From Clostridia bacterium (GTDB taxonomy: Bacteria; Bacillota; Clostridia; UMGS1883; UMGS1540), in the NCBI GenBank assembly GCA_045531205.1, contig JAZSDN010000050.1:6407-70406 (forward strand): 64,000 nt of DNA. The letters are read 5' to 3'. The notes under the pieces are model-generated. The model saw nothing but the letters and a program-made list of their open reading frames with translations, was not told where the DNA came from and searched no databases. The position numbers and the translations under genes are program-made. Of the stretch, positions 59,657-64,000 are shown piece by piece; within the stretch, counting starts at the first letter, position 1, and each line of letters opens with the position of its first letter.

Positions 59657-61582
59657 TTACGATAGTTCAAACATTCCCATATAAAGCTGATAATATTTAC
59701 CTTTTTGTTTTAATAGTTCCTCGTGATCACCACGTTCAATAATTTCGCCGTTTTCAAGCACCATAATAGCATTTGAATTACGCACAGTAGAAAGTCTGTG
59801 TGCTATAACAAAAACAGTTCTTCCTTTCATAAGGGTGTCCATTCCCTTTTCTATTAAAGCTTCTGTTCTTGTATCTATAGAGCTTGTTGCTTCATCAAGT
59901 ACCAAAACAGGCGGGTTTGCAATTGCTGCTCTTGCAATAGCTAAAAGCTGACGTTGTCCCTGACTTAAATTTGCTCCGTCCGCAGTTATTTTTGTTTCGT
60001 ATCCTTTTGGAAGTCTGCGGATAAAGGAATCTGCGTTTGCGAGCTTTGCCGCATAAATTATTTCTTCGTCTGTTGCATCAAGCTTTCCGTAACGGATATT
60101 ATCTGCAACTGTTCCGGTAAACAAATGTGTATCCTGTAAAACAAAGGCTTGCGAGCGTCTTAAATCTGATTTTTTGATTTCATTAATTTTTATTCCGTCG
60201 TATAAGATATTACCTTCGTTAATATCATAAAATCGGTTTATAAGGTTTGTTATAGTAGTTTTTCCTGCTCCTGTTGAGCCTACAAAAGCAATTTTCTGTC
60301 CCGGCTTTGCATAAAGAGATATGCCTTTTAAAACAGTTTTTTCACTTGTGTATCCGAATTTTACATTATCAAAAGAAACATTTCCTTTTACTTCAATATA
60401 GCTTATATTTCCATTTTCGTCTGTAGTTTTCCATGCAAAAACTCCGTTTTCGCTTTCAATATATTCTTTGCCGTTATTTGTAACCTTTACAAGTGTAACT
60501 TTTCCGTTATCTTCTTCGGGTGTTTCGTCCATTATCTCAAATATTCTTTCTGCACCCGCAAGAGCGTTCAGTATTGAGTTAAACTGCTGTGACATTTGAG
60601 TTATAGGTTGCGAAAATGAACGTGTATACTGCAAAAATGCAGCAAGTGAACCTAAATCAAAGCCCCATAAAATCGACATTACTGCACCCACCATTGCAGT
60701 TAGTGCGTAATGCATATATGAAATGTTGCCCATTATAGGCATCAGTATACTTGCAAAGGTATGTGCACCCTTTGCAGTTTCAAAAAGCTGCTCGTTTACC
60801 TTGTCAAAGTTTTCTTTAGCCTTTTGTTCATGATTGAATATTTTTACTACCTTCTGCCCTTCAATCATTTCTTCAATGTATCCGTTTACCTGTCCTATTG
60901 CCTTTTGCTGCTTCATAAAATAGGTTCCGCTTTTTTTACCAAGAACACTTATAAGATTAAGTATCAATATAAGTATTAATACAACAAGAACCGTTAATGC
61001 AGGGCTTAAAATAAGCATTGTGCAAAATACGCCTATAACAGTTAAAATAGAAACACAAAGCTGCATTATAACCTGACTTAAAAGGTCGCGTATTGCGTCT
61101 ATATCATTTGTAAAGCGGCTCATTATTTCGCCATGAGTGTGAGTGTCAAAGTATTTTATAGGTAAGGTTTGCAGTTTTTCAAACAAGTCTTCACGCAAAC
61201 GGCGAAGCGTACTTGTTGATACATGAAGCATAATTCGGTTGCCTGCATAGTTTGCCGCAGCCCCCGCTATATAAAGCGCCGCCATCATAATAACAGCATT
61301 TGAAAATGCAGACAAATCAGGATTTTTATGTCCTATAAAAGGAACAATATACTCATTTATAAGAGGCTTTAAAAAATATGTTCCCATTATACTTGCTGCG
61401 GAATTTATAAATATAAGTACCACTAATATTGCAAGTAAAAGCTTATAGGGTTTAAGATATGAAAAGAGCTTTTGAAGGGTTTTCTTTAAATCTTTAGGCT
61501 TTCTCATGCCTTTATTTCTGGGTCCCGGCATTTTCGTCCACCCCCTTCTGCTGCGATTCATATACTTCTCTGTATATTTCAT
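59657..61582 (-). CDS. ABC transporter, fused permease/ATP-binding subunit (ABCB-type exporter)
   Basis: 641 aa, 6 TM plus an NBD (GSTGAGKTT, LSQGQRQLLAIARA, VLVLDEATSSID). The real start is probably M18 (ATG 61529-61531; AGAAGGGGGTGG SD) or M26. Confidence 0.85.
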   Translation of the reverse strand: MKYTEKYMNRSRRGWTKMPGPRNKGMRKPKDLKKTLQKLFSYLKPYKLLLAILVVLIFINSAASIMGTYFLKPLINEYIVPFIGHKNPDLSAFSNAVIMMAALYIAGAAANYAGNRIMLHVSTSTLRRLREDLFEKLQTLPIKYFDTHTHGEIMSRFTNDIDAIRDLLSQVIMQLCVSILTVIGVFCTMLILSPALTVLVVLILILILNLISVLGKKSGTYFMKQQKAIGQVNGYIEEMIEGQKVVKIFNHEQKAKENFDKVNEQLFETAKGAHTFASILMPIMGNISYMHYALTAMVGAVMSILWGFDLGSLAAFLQYTRSFSQPITQMSQQFNSILNALAGAERIFEIMDETPEEDNGKVTLVKVTNNGKEYIESENGVFAWKTTDENGNISYIEVKGNVSFDNVKFGYTSEKTVLKGISLYAKPGQKIAFVGSTGAGKTTITNLINRFYDINEGNILYDGIKINEIKKSDLRRSQAFVLQDTHLFTGTVADNIRYGKLDATDEEIIYAAKLANADSFIRRLPKGYETKITADGANLSQGQRQLLAIARAAIANPPVLVLDEATSSIDTRTEALIEKGMDTLMKGRTVFVIAHRLSTVRNSNAIMVLENGEIIERGDHEELLKQKGKYYQLYMGMFELS

Positions 61583-63257
61583 TTGATGCCATCAGTTCTT
61601 CATGATTTCCTATTCCGTTTATCATCCCATTATCCATAACTATTATTTTATCGGCATCACAAACAGAGGATATTCTCTGTGCAACAATTATTGTCGTTGT
61701 AGCTTTTAAATGAGTTTTTAAAGCTTCACGGATAGATTTATCTGTAGCAGTATCAACAGCGCTTGTGCTATCATCCATAATAATTATTTTAGGTTTTTTC
61801 AAAAGTGCCCTTGCAATACAAAGTCTTTGCTTTTGTCCACCCGAAACATTTACACCGCCCTGCCCTAAATTTGTGTCATATCCATCAGGAAAAGCGGTTA
61901 TAAAATCGTGTGCATTGGCAATTTTGCACGCTTTTTCTATTTCCTCCTGCGAAGCGTTTGTATCTCCCCACTTAAGATTTTCTCTTATTGTGCCGGAAAA
62001 TAAAACATTCTTTTGTAAAACCATTGCCACCGCTTCACGCAGTTCAAAAAGTGAATAATCCTTTACATTTTTTCCACCTACATATATTTCGCCATTCGTT
62101 ACATCATAAAGTCTTGGAATAAGATTTACAAGTGAGCTTTTTGCAGAGCCTGTTCCTCCTATTATTCCAACTGTTTCGCCTGATTTAATTTCGAAATTTA
62201 TATCCTTCAAAACCATATCGTTTGCTTTTTCGTTATAAGCAAAATCAACATTTTTAAAAGATATTGAACCATCAGAAACCTTTATATCGCTTGATTTGTT
62301 ATCTTTCAGCGAAATATCTTCGTCCAAAGCTTCGTTAATACGTGTTATAGAGGCTTTTGTAAGCACAAGCATAACAAATACCATCGAAATCATCATAAGC
62401 GCCATAAGTATTTGCGAAACATAACTTACAAACCCCATAAATTCACCTGTTTGCATTCCTCCGGCAATTATAAGGTTACCGCCAAACCAATAAACAGCCA
62501 GCATACAGGAATACATTACCATCTGCATTATAGGTCCGTTTAAAATAATAAGCTTTTCAGCATTTATCTGTGTACGCTGTACCTGACGTGCAACATCATT
62601 AAAGTTTTCTTTTTCATATTCTTCTCTTACAAAGGCTTTTACAACTCTTATAGCTATTAAGTTTTCCTGCACTTTAGAGTTTAAAAGGTCATATTTTTTA
62701 AGCATTTCTCCAAAACGGGGAAACGCACGTGTTGCTATTAAATATAAAGCTATACCCAACACGGGAACTGCTGCAAAAAATATACAAGCAAGACTTGCAT
62801 TCATTTTAAATGCCATAATTACTGCAAACACAAGCATAAATGGCGAACGGATGCAAACACGTATCAGCATCATAAATGCGTGCTGAGTATTATTTACGTC
62901 GGTTGTAAGCCTTGTAACCAAAGATGCAGTGCTGAACTTATCCATATTTGCAAATGAATATTCCTGCAATTTATAAAAAAGCTTCTGCCTTAAGTTTTTG
63001 GCAAAGCCTGTTGCCGCAACAGCCGAGCATCTTGCCGCACCTGCACCAAAGCTTAATGATATAAGCGACATTAAAACCATCAAAGCACCTGTTTTGATTA
63101 TATAACTCATATCTTTGTTTGCTATACCAATATCAATTATATTAGCCATAAGTATAGGTATAAGCACCTCAAGTATAACCTCGCCTATAACAAGCAAGGG
63201 TGACAGGATGGTTTGCTTTTTATATTCTTTTATACACGGAATTAAGTGTTTGAACAA
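61512..63257 (-). CDS. ABC transporter, fused permease/ATP-binding subunit (ABCB-type exporter), heterodimer partner
   Basis: 581 aa, 6 TM plus an NBD (GGTGSAKSS, VSGGQKQRLCIARA, IIIMDDSTSAVD). Confidence 0.85.
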   Translation of the reverse strand: MFKHLIPCIKEYKKQTILSPLLVIGEVILEVLIPILMANIIDIGIANKDMSYIIKTGALMVLMSLISLSFGAGAARCSAVAATGFAKNLRQKLFYKLQEYSFANMDKFSTASLVTRLTTDVNNTQHAFMMLIRVCIRSPFMLVFAVIMAFKMNASLACIFFAAVPVLGIALYLIATRAFPRFGEMLKKYDLLNSKVQENLIAIRVVKAFVREEYEKENFNDVARQVQRTQINAEKLIILNGPIMQMVMYSCMLAVYWFGGNLIIAGGMQTGEFMGFVSYVSQILMALMMISMVFVMLVLTKASITRINEALDEDISLKDNKSSDIKVSDGSISFKNVDFAYNEKANDMVLKDINFEIKSGETVGIIGGTGSAKSSLVNLIPRLYDVTNGEIYVGGKNVKDYSLFELREAVAMVLQKNVLFSGTIRENLKWGDTNASQEEIEKACKIANAHDFITAFPDGYDTNLGQGGVNVSGGQKQRLCIARALLKKPKIIIMDDSTSAVDTATDKSIREALKTHLKATTTIIVAQRISSVCDADKIIVMDNGMINGIGNHEELMASNEIYREVYESQQKGVDENAGTQK

Positions 63258-63368
63258 AACGGTTTTTCCTCCCCAGTGCTTTATAATATTTTTATACTAT
63301 AACTTTAAATAAGATATGTCAATACAAATTGACGATTATTAACAAAAGTTTCATTTTTATAAAAGAAA

Positions 63369-63397
63369 AATACGCAATTTCAAAACAAAACTGCGTA
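63369..63397 (-). terminator. Terminator after the PqqD-like gene
   Basis: ATACGCA(63369-63375)-loop-TGCGTAT(63391-63397), flanked by A/T runs on both strands. Confidence 0.45.
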
Positions 63398-63408
63398 TTT
63401 TATTATTT

Positions 63409-63750
63409 TTACTTAAAAGAAACAAATCCGTAGCTTTCTAAAATCTTAAAGTACTTTGCAAGCCTTTCATAAAGAGGATGTGCTTTTTCTCCAAAACCTT
63501 CTTCAAGTATAGTGCCAAGCTCTGTAATACTTTTTTCTCCGTCTATTAAAGGCCACACAAAGCTTCCAAGCTCATCAAGGTGAATATAGCTTATTTTAGG
63601 TTTTTTAAAAAGCTTCTGGCAAATTCTGTTCATAATGCCCTTGTTTTCAATTTCAAGAGTAACTATATTTTCGTCATTGCTTTTCCATGCAATATTTTCG
63701 TTTTTTACAGGAATACGTTCAAGATAATTTTCAGATATAACCTTCTTCAT
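63409..63750 (-). CDS. PqqD-family protein (RiPP recognition element-like peptide chaperone), stand-alone
   Basis: 113 aa. C-terminal about 70 aa ...YIHLDELGSFVWPLIDGEKSITELGTILEEGFGE...LAKYFKILESYGFVSFK follows the PqqD pattern (LNetgsfIWeLlDGkrtv.EI...L...y......D...fl..L...GlI). Confidence 0.6.
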   Translation of the reverse strand: MKKVISENYLERIPVKNENIAWKSNDENIVTLEIENKGIMNRICQKLFKKPKISYIHLDELGSFVWPLIDGEKSITELGTILEEGFGEKAHPLYERLAKYFKILESYGFVSFK

Positions 63751-63752
63751 AA

Positions 63753-64000
63753 TTATTTACGTTTTCTCCATAACGAAAATTTTAAAACAGTAAGAATTGT
63801 TATTGCAAAAAGTACAATTCCGCCTATATTTGAAACTGCGGCAGGAATGCCAAGTATTGCCGATAAATTAAATAAAGAATCAACTCCGAATACTGCCAAA
63901 AGTGCAAGTAAAATACCAACAAGACCTTCACCTGCTATCATTCCTGAACAGAAAAGAATACCGTCGTTTACTATTTCTTTCTTTTCTTCTTCGTCTTTTT
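63753..64000 (-). CDS. C-terminal part of a polytopic membrane protein (N-terminus beyond the window end)
   Basis: The frame is open from the window edge: ...KDEEEKKEIVNDGILFCSGMIAGEGLVGILLALLAVFGV...LWRKRK*. The ORF track reports only the part after the internal Met. Confidence 0.4.
   Translation of the reverse strand, partial: KDEEEKKEIVNDGILFCSGMIAGEGLVGILLALLAVFGVDSLFNLSAILGIPAAVSNIGGIVLFAITILTVLKFSLWRKRK

Noticed and set aside
1-64000. Search for CRISPR arrays, tRNA, rRNA, transposases and integrases
   Set aside because: No regularly spaced direct repeats and no GC-rich cloverleaf-like islands in the intergenic regions. No recognisable transposase or integrase ORF. The only repeat found is the spoIVB-like fragment and terminator duplication, which is a segmental duplication scar and not an IS or MITE.

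Overview
This is a low-GC (~33-35 % GC by eye) chromosomal segment from an anaerobic, endospore-forming Firmicute of class Clostridia. The spore assignment rests on an alpha/beta-type SASP, spmA/spmB, gpr, ytfJ, a SpoIVB-like S55 peptidase and a PdaB-like deacetylase. A secreted protein with dockerin-like Ca-binding repeats flanked by cohesin-like modules hints at a cellulosome- or amylosome-bearing lineage.

Most of the window is conserved housekeeping:
- ruvC-ruvA-ruvB
- argG-argH, with a candidate ARG box
- RNase J
- scpA-scpB
- lysA
- ctsR-mcsA-mcsB-clpC, with a clear CtsR operator
- rnhB-yraN
- ppa
- dusB
- trkA-trkH
- tig-clpP-clpX

No rRNA, tRNA, CRISPR array, transposase or integrase is visible.

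The accessory stretch at 40.2-51.1 kb is the most interesting part. It holds a psicose-3-epimerase-like / L-fucose-isomerase-like operon with a divergent PocR-AraC regulator. It is followed by two tandem, paralogous cassettes, each a glycyl-radical enzyme (GRE) plus its radical-SAM activase. GRE1 carries an in-frame N-terminal AraC/SoxS-type HTH domain and is followed by activase 1. The second cassette runs IclR regulator, short GRE2, activase 2. The two cassettes are separated by a about 190-bp scar. The scar is a diverged copy of the 3' end plus terminator of the spoIVB-like gene that precedes the upstream cassette, so it records the duplication junction.

Other noteworthy items:
- a translationally coupled DUF1538-like two-repeat membrane protein plus tandem PII-like protein
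- an orphan PqqD-like (RRE) protein beside two ABCB-type exporters
- a terminator-type attenuator in the pnuC leader
- an AbrB-like regulator with a C-terminal Cys4 ribbon
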